From Endomicrobiales bacterium (GTDB lineage Bacteria > Elusimicrobiota > Endomicrobiia > Endomicrobiales > CAWCFT01), in NCBI GenBank assembly GCA_963794945.1, contig CAWCFT010000002.1:96001-160000 (forward strand): a stretch of 64,000 nt of DNA, read 5' to 3'. Position numbers and translations under genes: made by a program. This document shows positions 41,098-52,193 of the stretch, one piece after another; position 1 is the stretch's first letter, and each line of letters opens with the position of its first letter. Under the pieces are notes generated by a model, which was given only the letters and a program-made list of their open reading frames with translations, searched no databases and was not told where the DNA came from.

Positions 41098-42141
41098 TTA
41101 TATTGATACGATGACACCAGAAATGCCGCCGGCCGGGCTCTTAACCGCCACGGCGCCGGCTGGTTTACCTGCTACCATACCTTCAACCTGTTCGCCTGGC
41201 TTTTCGGACGCTTTTTTTACAAGCGGGAGCAGCGGGGAAAGTTTTTCCGCGTCGAGTATGTGCTTGCCAATGATGCCGGCTGCGCCGGTTGTCAATATAT
41301 CCTTAGCGGCGGAATTGATGGAAAGCACTTTATTTTCGGAGTCAAATACGATGGTACCGCGCGAGTTCGCGTTCACAAGGCTGTCTATAACGGCTTTCGA
41401 ACTCTCAAGTTCTTCAGCGCTCGCGCCCGGTTTGCCGCTCGAGGCCTTGTCCAGCACGCTGTTGACGAGCCTTTGAAGCTCTCCGAACTCGCCGTCCGGG
41501 GCGTTATCGGGCAGGCGGCCGCTTCCGCCGCCGAGGTCCAGCGACGCAAGTCCGTCCCGCAGGCTTTTGAAAGAAGGGTAGGCCATGCAATATATGAATA
41601 AAAAGAACGCTGCGGCCGCGAGTATGAATATTATGAGCGCGGTGAACAGGACCTTCCTTCCGCTGGATGTTACGGAATCTTCCAGTTTTTGGGACGAGAT
41701 GCCCACGCACAACGTCGTGGACGATGTAAGCGGCATTGAAAAGAGGTAACCTGTGGGTATGCTTTGCCTCAAGGCGCTTTTTGTCTCCACCGCCCTTTTG
41801 GCCGTGTCGTCGGAATATGTTTTGCCCCATTCGGAAGTGGTGTTGTGCGTTATAACCCTGCAGCTGTTGTCGAGTATGTACACGGCGCTGACGTCTTCGA
41901 TCTTCATTATGTTTTCAACTTTGGCAAGCATGGTTATGTCGTCGCGGGAAGCGATCGCCCTGGTAAGGTCGCCGGCCGTGAGGCTGAAAATGGTTTTTAC
42001 CCTGTCAAATTCGTTGACACGGAGAAGTTTTTCCTGCAGGGGGATGAGCTCGGCGGAGTAAAAATACAGGAGCAGCGCCAAGACCGCCAGCATCGAAAGA
42101 AGGAAGAGTTTGAAAAACGAACTTTTGAAAAGTTTGCCCAT
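41098..42141 (-). CDS. Membrane sensor-like protein (TM-periplasmic-TM-HAMP-PAS) without kinase domain
   Basis: Two TM segments, DGEFGEL..VN HAMP-like segment, G.IVFD....V..IN.AA..IL PAS-like segment. Confidence 0.6.
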   Translation of the reverse strand: MGKLFKSSFFKLFLLSMLAVLALLLYFYSAELIPLQEKLLRVNEFDRVKTIFSLTAGDLTRAIASRDDITMLAKVENIMKIEDVSAVYILDNSCRVITHNTTSEWGKTYSDDTAKRAVETKSALRQSIPTGYLFSMPLTSSTTLCVGISSQKLEDSVTSSGRKVLFTALIIFILAAAAFFLFIYCMAYPSFKSLRDGLASLDLGGGSGRLPDNAPDGEFGELQRLVNSVLDKASSGKPGASAEELESSKAVIDSLVNANSRGTIVFDSENKVLSINSAAKDILTTGAAGIIGKHILDAEKLSPLLPLVKKASEKPGEQVEGMVAGKPAGAVAVKSPAGGISGVIVSI

Positions 42142-42202
42142 GTGGGAACATTATACCAAAAATTCTTTTGATTTTTAAACCAAAAGAATATATAATCGTG
42201 GC

Positions 42203-42554
42203 ATGGCTGTATATGAACTGGCTGTCAACGGCAGGAAAACCGGCGTGAAGGTCAACAAGGCCGACAGCTTCGCTGGCAAGGTCGCTGGGCCTGATGGGAA
42301 AGCCGAGCGCCGACCCCGGGCTGCTACTAACCCGCTGCGGAAGCATCCACACTTTTTTCATGAAAACTTCGATCGACGCTGTTTTTATCGACGAGGACGG
42401 ATGCGCGGTAAGGCTTATGCCTCTTTTGAAGCCGTGGAGGGTAGTGATGCCGGTGCTCGCGGCATTAAGCGTTCTGGAGCTCGCGCCGGGCGCGATATCG
42501 AAACTGGGCCTGCGCGAGAACGATGTTTTAACGCTTATCCCGCCAAGTCAATAG
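42203..42554 (+). CDS. DUF192 family protein, frameshift near 42280
   Basis: ADSF..R..GLMG, C.SIHTFFM...IDAVFID, SVLELAPG. Confidence 0.8.
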
Positions 42555-42566
42555 ATCAAACCGCGT

Positions 42567-44167
42567 TCAACGATAGATCAGCTGGCCGGGCTTTTTTATT
42601 CCTTCGATATGGCTCTGGGCGTGCTTGAGCTTTTCCCTGAAAGCGTCTTTCCTAAACTGGCTCTTCCACTGTTTCAAAATTATCCACCCGCCGAAACGCA
42701 TAAGGTTGTTTCGCCACCGCCTGTACCAGCGCATCCATCCGGCAGTGATGTTGTGAAGGAAGAAGACTATCGCCGGGAACGAGGCGACGTTGAGCGCTAT
42801 AAGGAACAGGTATTTGAACTGGTAGAACTTGCCCATCACGACCTTCGCGGCGGTTTGCATCTCTTCCGCGCTTAAAGGCTCGTCCGGAGCGAAAAGGGGG
42901 AAGTTGCCGTCATAATACTCCCAGTTGAGGTCGCTTAAAGGGTAGAGCCTGCCCTCCTCCATAAGCCTCTGCCGCAGCTCTGCGCCCGGCAGCGGCACCG
43001 GCAGGAGCACCTGCACGGTATCTATTTTCGCTTTCTTTATAAAGCCGCGGTAACGCTTTATCCTCTCCTCTATTCCCATCCTGAAAGGAGCGGCGCCCGC
43101 GTTAGGGTAGCCGAAAATGAACATACCGTGAACGAGGAAACCGTGCCTTTGGTACTCGCGGGCGTAAGCTACCATGTCTTCCGGGCGGAGCTTTTTGTCC
43201 ATCGCCTTGAGTTCCTCTTCGATAGGCGACTCGAAACCGATGGCGATGCCGTCTATTCCCGCGCGGCGCATGGCTGACAGCAGTTCGTTATCCATAGCCT
43301 TGTCGAGCCGTATCTGTACAAAAAGGCCGAGCTTTCTGCCTATGTCCATCTGGTACTTTTCGAGCATCCCGCAAAGCCTTATCGTCTCTTCCCTCTGCTG
43401 GCCGAAAAGATCGTCAACGACAAAGAACTCTTTCGCGTTACGGGTTTCCACAAGGGTGCTGACGCGCTCCATGAAACGTTCCGATGAAGAGTGCCTCGGC
43501 CTGCCCTTAACGGTGCAGAACTCGCAGTTCATGCCGCAGCCGCGTATCCTCTCTATGGGGTAAAGTTTTATGTCCGCGGAGTAGCGCACCAGTGAAAAAT
43601 CGGGGAGGGGAAGCTTTTCGAAATCCGTCATCTGTTCGCGTTCCTGCGTGTAGTGGACCTCATCGTTCTCAAGGTAGGCTAAACCGCGGATAGCGCCGAC
43701 ACTTATATCATTTTCCAGCGCGCGCAGGAGCTCTTTGACCGTCTCTTCGCCTTCGCCGAGAACTATATAATCGATGCCCGACCTGAGGCCCTCTTCAATA
43801 GTTTCCCGGACGAAATGCTGCCGCCGGCCACAACCTTAACACCGGCCTTCTTGTACAACAGAGCAAGCTTGTAAAGCCTTGGTATGGTGCTGGTAAGACC
43901 CCCGTAAAGACCGATGACGTCCGCCGGGCGTTTCTTTTGCAGGGCCAGATGGTCCATGCCGCCAAGATCATCCTGCGGGTAATACCTCTTGAGGTTGTTC
44001 TCATCTATAACTTCGGCGTCCCAGCCTTCCAGCTCTTTTACGGCTGTCGCTATGCAAACGGGCCCGAGCGCGGTGGTCCTCGCCGCCACGCGCGAATAAA
44101 TATTCAACGCGGGATATGCCGGCACCACAAGCCTCATCCTGTGCCTTTTGCTTACTTTACCTGCCAT
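42567..44167 (-). CDS. B12-binding domain radical SAM protein, frameshift near 43820
   Basis: N-terminal IDEN, VVAGG, GEGE cobalamin-binding segment; RGCGMNCEFC; VDD.F, IGFES, GMFIFG, PLPG. Confidence 0.85.
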
Positions 44168-44193
44168 GATACCCTCCCCATCGGTCATGAAAT

Positions 44194-44310
44194 AAAAAAA
44201 CCACACTGAAGGCGTTCAATGTGGTGTTCGCAGCAGCAGATCGAGATCACTGCCACATCATTGTCTTCATACTACAGATATATTTTATCTCTTTTACCGG
44301 ACGATTGCAA
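44194..44310 (-). promoter_or_regulatory. Promoter, 7-aa uORF (MKTMMWQ) and intrinsic terminator: candidate attenuator
   Basis: ttgcaa-N17-taaaat; uORF 44270..44247; stem accacattgaa/ttcagtgtggt plus U-run upstream of the radical SAM RBS. Confidence 0.6.
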
Positions 44311-44647
44311 CACAAAAGCCTCAAATAAACAGGCGCCGTTCTTTGCCGTTAAGTATCCCCGAGTTCCTGCTGATAAGGAACGAAGGGAATATCCCGCGAA
44401 GCGAGGAATCAATTTGATAAAAAGTGTTTTGGCGGCGACTTTCGCTTACTGGAGCCGCCAAAGTCAAGGCGGGCTGCGATGCCCGTCGTCTTTTTATAAA
44501 TTGATCCCGAGCGCCCCACTTTACAAATACTTCATTAAGTTGTAGAATCAACTCAAGACTGAAAAGCAAGTCTTTTTTTATTTATACACGCGACCGCTGC
44601 AGGTAGCGTTATTCAAGGAGCCTCTGGCTCCTTCCGGAGTAGCTCCA

Positions 44648-45991
44648 CTGGAAAAAGCAACTTTCGATCTGATAGTAGTTGGCGCGGGCCCCGCGGGCTA
44701 CAGCGCGGCCATACGGGCTTCGCAGCTCGGCGCTAAGGTTCTGCTTGTAGAGAAGTCTTCTGCGGGCGGCACCTGCCTCAACAGGGGCTGCATACCCACA
44801 AAATTCCTGTGGGAAGCCCTGCACCTCGAATCCAGGATAAAAAAAGCCGCCGGCTACGGCATAACCGCCGAATTCAAATCCCTGTCTTTCCCTGACCTCA
44901 TAGCGAAAAAGAACAAAGCCACCGAACTTCTTTCCAAAGGCGTAAAACAGCTCCTCGACAACTATACAGTGACCGTCATCGAAGGTTCGGCGGGATTTTC
45001 TTCAATTAAAAGCATCGACATAGTTTCGAAAAACGGCGAAAAGAACACCCATTATTGCGACAAATTCATACTGGCCGCGGGCTCGAGCCCCAGCAGCCTG
45101 CCCGGATACGCCTTCGACCACAAGAAAATAATAGATTCTACTGACGCACTTGAGCTTGTAGAGCTGCCCAAAACACTCCTCATCGTTGGCGGCGGCGCGA
45201 TAGGCGTGGAGTTCGCGTCGATATTCGCGAGGCTCGGAAGCGAAGTTACACTTGTAGAAAAAGAGCCGAACTGCTGCCGGGCGAAGACCCGGCTCTGGCG
45301 GAGGAAGTAAAAAAATCGCTTGCAAGGGACGGGGTAAAAGTCAACACGGCTTCGGGCCCGTTCGAAGAACTGGCGAAAACCTCGGATAAAGTGCTCATAG
45401 CCACCGGACGCAGAAGCAACGCGCCTTACCTGAACCTTGAAAAGACGGCCGTAAGGTATTCGCATAAAGGCATAGAGGTCAACAAGTTCCTTGAAACATC
45501 GCAGAAAGGCATTTACGCCGCGGGCGACGTGACAGGCAACTATTATCTCGCTTATATGGCTCAGGCCGAAGGGATCTGCGCGGCCGAGAACGCTTCCGGC
45601 ATAAAGAAGGTTACGGACCACGAAGTAATACCTAAGGTAGTGTTCTCTAACCCGCCCGCCGCAAGTGTCGGCAGCACGAACATAAGATCAGGGAACATCG
45701 TAGCGGGCACCTTCGCGTTTACGGCAAGCGGAAGAGCCTTTATAGAAAGCGAACGCAGGGGCTGGGTAAAGATAACAGCGGAAAAAGTGTCGGGAAAGAT
45801 AATCGGAGGGCAGGTACTCGGGATCTGCGCCGAAGAGCTAATAGCAGTGATAGCGCTGGCCGTTAAGATGAAAATGACGCTGCGCAACCTGAGCCCGCGA
45901 GATATTTTTCCATCCATCGCTTTCCGAAGCCATACACGGCGCCTGCGAAGACGCCCTCGCCAAGTGCGTTGATTTGCCGAGAAAAATTTAG
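44648..45991 (+). CDS. lpdA: Dihydrolipoamide dehydrogenase (L protein), two frameshifts, start codon uncertain
   Basis: FDLIVVGAGPAGY, GGTCLNRGCIPTK, GGGAIGVE, YAAGDV, HPSLSEA. Confidence 0.9.
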
Positions 45992-46029
45992 TAACATCAT
46001 AAATTCCCTGGCCTGTAAAGAGAGAAAAA

Positions 46030-47112
46030 ATGACCAAAAGAACACCGCTTTACGAAGAACACGAGAAACTTAACGCCCGTTTCACCGAATTCGGCGGGTG
46101 GGACATGCCCGTCATGTACACGTCAATAATGGACGAGCACAACGCTGTAAGGAATCATTGCGGAGTGTTCGACACGTCGCACATGGGGACCTACATAATA
46201 TCGGGCGCCGGCGCTGAAGCTTTTCTTACCCGCGTTACAACCGCCAATGTGAAAGCCCTGGTGCCGGGGCAGGCAAAGTACACGCTGTTCCTCAACGAGA
46301 ACGCGGGAATAATTGACGACCTCATAATTTACCGCAGAGCCAACGATTACGTCATGGTGGTCAACGCCGGCAATTCGGACAAAGACCGCGCCTGGATGGA
46401 GAAGAACATCACACCGGACACTTCTATTAAGAACATAAGCGCCGACATATGCCTTATAGCGCTTCAGGGGCCGGATGCCGAAAAAATACTGCAGCCGCTT
46501 GTTAACGAAGATCTCTCGGCCATAAAATATTTTTATTCAATAGAACCTGCTTTCAAGGACATCAAAAAAGGTTTCACATTTCTCGCGAGGACTGGTTACA
46601 CCGGCGAAAGCGGTTTCGAGCTGTTCGTTCCGAAAGAAGACGCGCCTGCTTTGTGGAGCCGCCTTGTTGAAAGCGGCGCCAAACCCTGCGGCCTCGGGGC
46701 CAGGGACACGCTCAGGCTGGAAGCCTGCATGCCGCTCCACGGCCACGAGATAAATGACGACATAGACCCCGTAACGGCAGAGCTCGGCTGGGCGGTTTAC
46801 CTCGATAAAGATTTCATAGGCAAGAGCGCGCTTTTGAAGATCAAGGAAAAAGGCCAGAAGATGTACCTCACTGCGCTGACGCTCGACTCCGGCATACCGA
46901 GGGCCCACTGCGAGATAAAGACCGGCGGCACCGCCGCGGGATCGGTCACCAGCGGCACTTATTCGCCGACATTGAAAAAGGGCATAGCCCTCGGCTACGT
47001 TGACCGCAAGATGAAGATAGGCGACGCGGTCTCAGTAGTTATACACGGGCAGAACAAGCCCGCCAACGTTGTTTTTAAACCGTTCTATAAAAGAAAGAAA
47101 AAAAATATATAA
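46030..47112 (+). CDS. gcvT: Glycine cleavage system T protein
   Basis: RTPLY..H, FGGWDMPV.Y, FDTSHMG, RTGYTGE.GFE, GLGARDTLRLEA. Confidence 0.97.
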   Translation: MTKRTPLYEEHEKLNARFTEFGGWDMPVMYTSIMDEHNAVRNHCGVFDTSHMGTYIISGAGAEAFLTRVTTANVKALVPGQAKYTLFLNENAGIIDDLIIYRRANDYVMVVNAGNSDKDRAWMEKNITPDTSIKNISADICLIALQGPDAEKILQPLVNEDLSAIKYFYSIEPAFKDIKKGFTFLARTGYTGESGFELFVPKEDAPALWSRLVESGAKPCGLGARDTLRLEACMPLHGHEINDDIDPVTAELGWAVYLDKDFIGKSALLKIKEKGQKMYLTALTLDSGIPRAHCEIKTGGTAAGSVTSGTYSPTLKKGIALGYVDRKMKIGDAVSVVIHGQNKPANVVFKPFYKRKKKNI

Positions 47113-47115
47113 TGG

Positions 47116-47235
47116 AAATCAAAAATCAAAGATTAAATATCAAAATTGTGGTGTCCGCCTTTGGCGGACTATTTGCAATAAGTTGCCGCAGGCAACACTT
47201 TAATTTTGATATTTGATATTTAATTTTTAAGTTTT
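47116..47235. repeat. Heptad inverted-repeat element (family A) with nested GC hairpins
   Basis: aaatcaaaaatcaaagattaaatatcaaaatt-gtccgcctttggcggac-gttgccgcaggcaac-aattttgatatttgatatttaatttt. Confidence 0.75.
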
Positions 47236-47251
47236 ATTTAGGAGGCTTTTA

Positions 47252-47629
47252 ATGAACATTCCCAAAGAGCTGCGCTACGCGAAAACCCACGAGTGGGCCA
47301 AAAAAGAAGGGAAGAACGTAAGGATCGGCATAACCGACCACGCACAGCACGAGATAACCGACGTTGTGCATGTCGAGCTTCCAGCTAAAGGCAAGAAGGT
47401 TGAGAAGGGCCAGCCGTGCGCTGTAGTTGAGTCGGTCAAATCAGCGTTCGACATCTACGCTCCGGTTTCAGGCACTGTAGTTGAAGTCAACGAGAAGCTG
47501 AACTCGAACCCCGAGCTTGTAAACCAATCGCCGTACCAGGACGGTTACTTCGTTGTTATTGAAGCCTCGAACGCTTCTGAGTTCGATACTCTGCTGTCCG
47601 CAGAAGATTACGAGAAAACTTTAAAATAA
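47252..47629 (+). CDS. gcvH: Glycine cleavage system H protein
   Basis: THEW, GITDHAQ, VESVKS lipoyl motif, VN.SPY..G. Confidence 0.97.
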   Translation: MNIPKELRYAKTHEWAKKEGKNVRIGITDHAQHEITDVVHVELPAKGKKVEKGQPCAVVESVKSAFDIYAPVSGTVVEVNEKLNSNPELVNQSPYQDGYFVVIEASNASEFDTLLSAEDYEKTLK

Positions 47630-47636
47630 ATAACGG

Positions 47637-47717
47637 CATTACAGATTACAAATTACCGATTACAGATTCAGCGGCAAAAGCATCCAGCACTTCAATTTGT
47701 AATCTGAAATTCGTAAT
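47637..47717. repeat. Heptad inverted-repeat element (ATTACAG units)
   Basis: attacagattacaaattaccgattacagatt ... aatttgtaatctgaaattcgtaat. Confidence 0.6.
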
Positions 47718-47737
47718 GATGTTGGAGATATAACACC

Positions 47738-49076
47738 ATGGATTACATCCCTGTAAACGAAAAAGACAACAAGGAAATGCTCGAGAGCATCGGTATCAAA
47801 GACGCGGGCGAGCTTTTTTCAGTTATACCCGAAGAAGCCAGGATAGCAAAGCTCGACCTGCCGGAAGGCATGTCTGAGGCTAAGCTTGTCAAAGAGTTTG
47901 AAAGGCTCTCTAACCGCAATAGCTCTTCCAAGGAATGTGACTCGTACCTCGGCTCAGGCGTATACGAACATTTTGTGCCGGCTGTGGTAGGGGAAATAAC
48001 CGGCCGCTCGGAATTCTCCACAGCCTACACGCCCTACCAGCCGGAAGCAAGCCAGGGCACTCTGCAGGCCATATTCGAATACCAGAGCATGATCGCGGAG
48101 CTTACCGGGCTGGACGTTTCCAATGCCTCGCTTTACGACGGAGCGAGCGCTGCTGACCGAAGCCGCTCTTCTTTGCGTGCGACAAACCGGCAAAAAAAAG
48201 ATAGCGGTCTCGAAAGCCCTGCACCCCGAGTACAGAAAAGTCATAGCGACCTACATCGAAGGTTCAGATATAAAGATAGTTGAGATAGATACGGAAAACG
48301 GCGCGACATCTACCACAAGCGCAAAGAAACTCTGCGACGCAGAGACAGGCGGCCTGATCATACAGTCGCCGAACTTCTTCGGGATTATTGAAGACATGGC
48401 GGAGTTCAAAGCCGCGGCGCAGTCATCCGGCGCGCTTTTTGCGGCAGTAGTAAACCCTCTGTCCCTTGGCGTTCTAAAATCTCCCGGCGAATCCGGAGCG
48501 GACATAGCGGTAGGCGAAGGCCAGGTGCTGGGAAACCCTTCAGGGCTTGGCGGGTTCACGTTCGGTTTCCTCGCGGTTAAAAAAGAGTTCGCGTGGAAGA
48601 TACCCGGCAGGATAGTCGGCCAAACCATCGACAACAAAGGCAAACGCGGCTACGTGCTGACACTTCAGTCAAGAGAACAACACATAAGGCGTGAAAAAGC
48701 CACTTCTAACATATGTACTAACTCGGCGCTCAACGCGCTCGCGGCCTGCGTTTATATGGCAGGTTGGGGAGCGGAGGGCTTAAAGAAGCTTGGACAGCAG
48801 AACATCTCAAAGAGCGCCTATGCGTTCGAACAGATCACGAAGATACCAGGATTTTCTCCGGCCTTCCCGGGCCAGCCGTTCTTCAACGAGTTCGCTGTAA
48901 AGACCAATAAGGCCCCCGAAGAGATATCGAAAATACTCCTTTCAAAAGATATAATCGGCCCGCTTGATATCAAGCCTTTCTATCCAGATATGCCCGGCAC
49001 GCTTTTGTTCTGCGTGACCGAAACAAAATCCAAAGAAGATATAGATAAACTCGTAAAAGTTCTGGCGGAGATATAA
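47738..49076 (+). CDS. gcvPA: Glycine dehydrogenase subunit 1, frameshift near 48150
   Basis: TAYTPYQPE.SQG.LQ..FEYQ, NASLYDG, REQHIRREKATSNICTN. Confidence 0.95.
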
Positions 49077-49077
49077 C

Positions 49078-50520
49078 ATGGAAAAACAACTAATAGAGAT
49101 GACAGAAATAGGGCAGACAGGCTACTCGCTCCCGGAAAACGACGTACCGGCTTTGAACCCCATACCGGAGAAATTCTTAAGGGAAACCGTTCCTAACCTT
49201 CCCGAGGTCAGCGAGCCCGAGATACTGCGCCACTTTACCCGTTTGTCCAGGCTCAACTACGCTCTCTCGACGAACTTTTACCCGCTTGGCTCTTGCACAA
49301 TGAAGTACAACCCGCCGGTAAACGAAGCCGTGAGCGGGCTGCCGGGCTTTAAATACATCCACCCGTACCAGCCGGAGTCAACTATCCAGGGAGCGATGGA
49401 GCTTATGTACAACCTCTCCGAGAGCCTCTGCGAGATATCCGGCATGGACGCCTTCACGCTGCAGCCTGCCGCCGGCGCGCAGGGAGAGTTCACGGGCCTG
49501 CTTATAATAAACTCTTACTTTAAATCTAAAGGGGAGAAAAGGACAAAGATCATAGTCCCAGATTCAGCTCATGGCACCAACCCCGCCTCCGCCGCGCTCG
49601 CCGGTTTCGAGATAATAGCCGTAAAATCTGGTCCCGACGGGCTGCTTGACGTAGAGAAGATCAAAGAAACACTCACACCCGACGTCGCGGCCATAATGTT
49701 GACCGTCCCCAACACGCTGGGCGTGTTCGAAAAAAATATTTTGAAAATATCGAAGCTCGCCAAAAAGAACGGCTCGCTCCTCTACTACGACGGGGCTAAC
49801 CTTAACGCCATACTCGGCAACGCGCGCCCCGGCGATTTCGGTTTCGACCTTATCCATATCAACCTGCACAAGACATTTTCGACGCCCCACGGCGGCGGTG
49901 GCCCAGGCGCCGGGCCGGTAGGTGTCAAAAAACACCTCAGAGATTTTCTCCCGGTGCCAGTGATAGAAAAGAAGCGCGGCAAGTTCAGCTTCAACTATGA
50001 TGCGCCGAAAAGCATCGGGAAAGTGCGCTCGTTCTACGGGAACTTTCCGGTGCTTGTCAAAGCATACGCTTACATACTTGGTCTTGGCGCGGAAGGACTT
50101 AGAAAAACCGGAACGCAGGCAGTCGTCAACGCAAACTACATGTTATCCAAACTCAAGAAGTTCCTACCGGCGCCCGCTGGAGAGCGTTGCATGCACGAGT
50201 TCGTCCTATCGGGGAAACCGCTGGACGAACACGGCGTTCACACGCTCGATGTCGCCAAGCGCCTGCTCGACTACAATTATTACGCCCCGACCATATATTT
50301 CCCTACCATAGTTGATCAGGCCATTATGATAGAACCCACGGAAACTGAGACCAAGGCCACGCTCGACGCCTTTATAGAGACCTTTATAAAGATACTTGAA
50401 GAGGCCAGGCAGGACCCCGAAATGGTAAAGCACGCGCCGCACACGACCCCGGTTAGAAGGCTCAACGAGGTCGAGGCCGCCAGAAAACCAATTTTAAAAT
50501 GGGGAACTGTAAAGAGTTAA
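49078..50520 (+). CDS. gcvPB: Glycine dehydrogenase subunit 2
   Basis: PLGSCTMKYNP, SAHGTNPASA, HINLHKTFSTPHGGGGPG, MIEPTETE. Confidence 0.97.
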   Translation: MEKQLIEMTEIGQTGYSLPENDVPALNPIPEKFLRETVPNLPEVSEPEILRHFTRLSRLNYALSTNFYPLGSCTMKYNPPVNEAVSGLPGFKYIHPYQPESTIQGAMELMYNLSESLCEISGMDAFTLQPAAGAQGEFTGLLIINSYFKSKGEKRTKIIVPDSAHGTNPASAALAGFEIIAVKSGPDGLLDVEKIKETLTPDVAAIMLTVPNTLGVFEKNILKISKLAKKNGSLLYYDGANLNAILGNARPGDFGFDLIHINLHKTFSTPHGGGGPGAGPVGVKKHLRDFLPVPVIEKKRGKFSFNYDAPKSIGKVRSFYGNFPVLVKAYAYILGLGAEGLRKTGTQAVVNANYMLSKLKKFLPAPAGERCMHEFVLSGKPLDEHGVHTLDVAKRLLDYNYYAPTIYFPTIVDQAIMIEPTETETKATLDAFIETFIKILEEARQDPEMVKHAPHTTPVRRLNEVEAARKPILKWGTVKS

Positions 50521-50594
50521 TGCCTGCGTTTTTAGTAAATATCTTGTGTATTGATTATTAAGCCGCCTAGTACTATACTTGTATCGGGTTAAAG

Positions 50595-52181
50595 ATGTTT
50601 CAGCGCAAGCGTGTAACTCTAATTATGATAATTCTACGGCGTTTTATCTTACCGCTGACAGTCCTTCCATTTCTGCTTACCTCTATTTATGCCGAAGTTA
50701 AAATATCCAGCGTATACGGCAACGTTACAGTGCTGCACAACGGACAATGGTCGTTGGCCGACAAGGGAACTACGCTTGACATAAAAGACAGGGTCAAAAC
50801 CGGCGACTCAAGCCGTGTCGTGCTTGTCATGGACGGCGCCACGCGCATATGGATAACCAAGAACTCGGACATGGAAATAACCAGCACGGGAAATAACAGC
50901 CTGTTTAGCCTGCTCATGGGTAAGATACGCGCCAAGGTAAAGCTTTTCAACGGCGGCAAGTTCAGCATAAAAACCCCTATATCGGTCGCTTCGGTCCGCG
51001 GGACCGAGTTCGTCACGGATAGCGAAGGCCTGCTGGCAGTTATTGAAGGCAAGGTCAATTTCTCCGACTTGGACGCGAAACAACAGATAGATGTCATAGC
51101 CGGTTTCGTAAGCGTCCTGAAGCGGGACGGGCAGATCAGCCCGCCGCACGAGATGACACGCGCGGAAAGGCACGAGCTGGAACGCGAGTGGAAAGAGTTT
51201 GGCCACATGGAGCAGGGCTCCAAATCAGCGCTTGACAAAAACAAGAAAACGCTTGCCGATATGAGGAACGACCTCAGGGCCACTATAAACGATATTAAAA
51301 CCGGAGTTAACACAGCGAGGGAAATGACCAATGAGATAAAAGAAGCCGATATAGCTACAGGCAGGACACTGAGAGACGTCAACGGGAACGTGGTGCGCAT
51401 CGAGCAGTACCTCCTTCGCCCCGACAACCAGACGTTCGAAGTGCTAAACCTCACCAAGAGAACCGATTATACATATGTTAACAATACGGGAAACAGCAGT
51501 TTCGCGTTTACCGGACTGCCCAACAAGTCACGGCTTGATGTCGCGGACGTCAAGGTGACCATGAACATGAACCTTCCGACACAGCTTACAGATTGGCCGT
51601 CGTTCATGTCCGCGAACAGCGATAGCATCCACCCGCAGAAACTTGACATTTCTATTACGAACCAAACCGACACGATGGAGATGGTTGGCAACTGGGGCCT
51701 GCAGGGCATCAACTACGACGAGAACGGCAAACTGTTGACAGAGAACAGGCTGGTTATAACGCCCTATATCAATGGATGGAAAGTCGACACTACATACCAG
51801 TCTTCAGGCGGCTCATCCTACCCGCCCAGCGGATCCAACACGACAACGCTGCAGGCGTGGGACATTTCGTCCCTGCAAAGGCTCACCAAAAGTGGCCAGT
51901 CCGATGAGTACGTTTATATCTACACCGCGGCCTACGGCATAAATAACAACGGAAGCATACTCAGCCTAAACGATTTCACATCAAGCACGCAGGACCCCTT
52001 CACTATGTTGAAACAGGTGGCGGGGGAATCGATAGTTTTCGTAAGGAACAACGACTCTTCCAGGTCGAACTTTTTTTCGAGTACAGGCCCCGGGAACCTT
52101 GACCTCGTGGCAACGCCGGACCTCATGGTCAGCGTCGCCGAGAAACTTGCTTCGGGACTAGGCGATCTTACTAAGAAATAG
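50595..52181 (+). CDS. Exported FecR-domain protein with coiled coil and beta-rich C-terminus
   Basis: D.VKTG..SR, TP.SVASVRGTEF, VIEGKV FecR-like motifs; start may be a few codons later. Confidence 0.75.
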   Translation: MFQRKRVTLIMIILRRFILPLTVLPFLLTSIYAEVKISSVYGNVTVLHNGQWSLADKGTTLDIKDRVKTGDSSRVVLVMDGATRIWITKNSDMEITSTGNNSLFSLLMGKIRAKVKLFNGGKFSIKTPISVASVRGTEFVTDSEGLLAVIEGKVNFSDLDAKQQIDVIAGFVSVLKRDGQISPPHEMTRAERHELEREWKEFGHMEQGSKSALDKNKKTLADMRNDLRATINDIKTGVNTAREMTNEIKEADIATGRTLRDVNGNVVRIEQYLLRPDNQTFEVLNLTKRTDYTYVNNTGNSSFAFTGLPNKSRLDVADVKVTMNMNLPTQLTDWPSFMSANSDSIHPQKLDISITNQTDTMEMVGNWGLQGINYDENGKLLTENRLVITPYINGWKVDTTYQSSGGSSYPPSGSNTTTLQAWDISSLQRLTKSGQSDEYVYIYTAAYGINNNGSILSLNDFTSSTQDPFTMLKQVAGESIVFVRNNDSSRSNFFSSTGPGNLDLVATPDLMVSVAEKLASGLGDLTKK

Positions 52182-52193
52182 CGAATTTAAATA

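Noticed and set aside
44500..44650. Glycine riboswitch or tRNA upstream of the gcv operon
   Set aside because: No tandem aptamer motifs (ggaga..ccgaag..ctctcagg) and no cloverleaf recognisable
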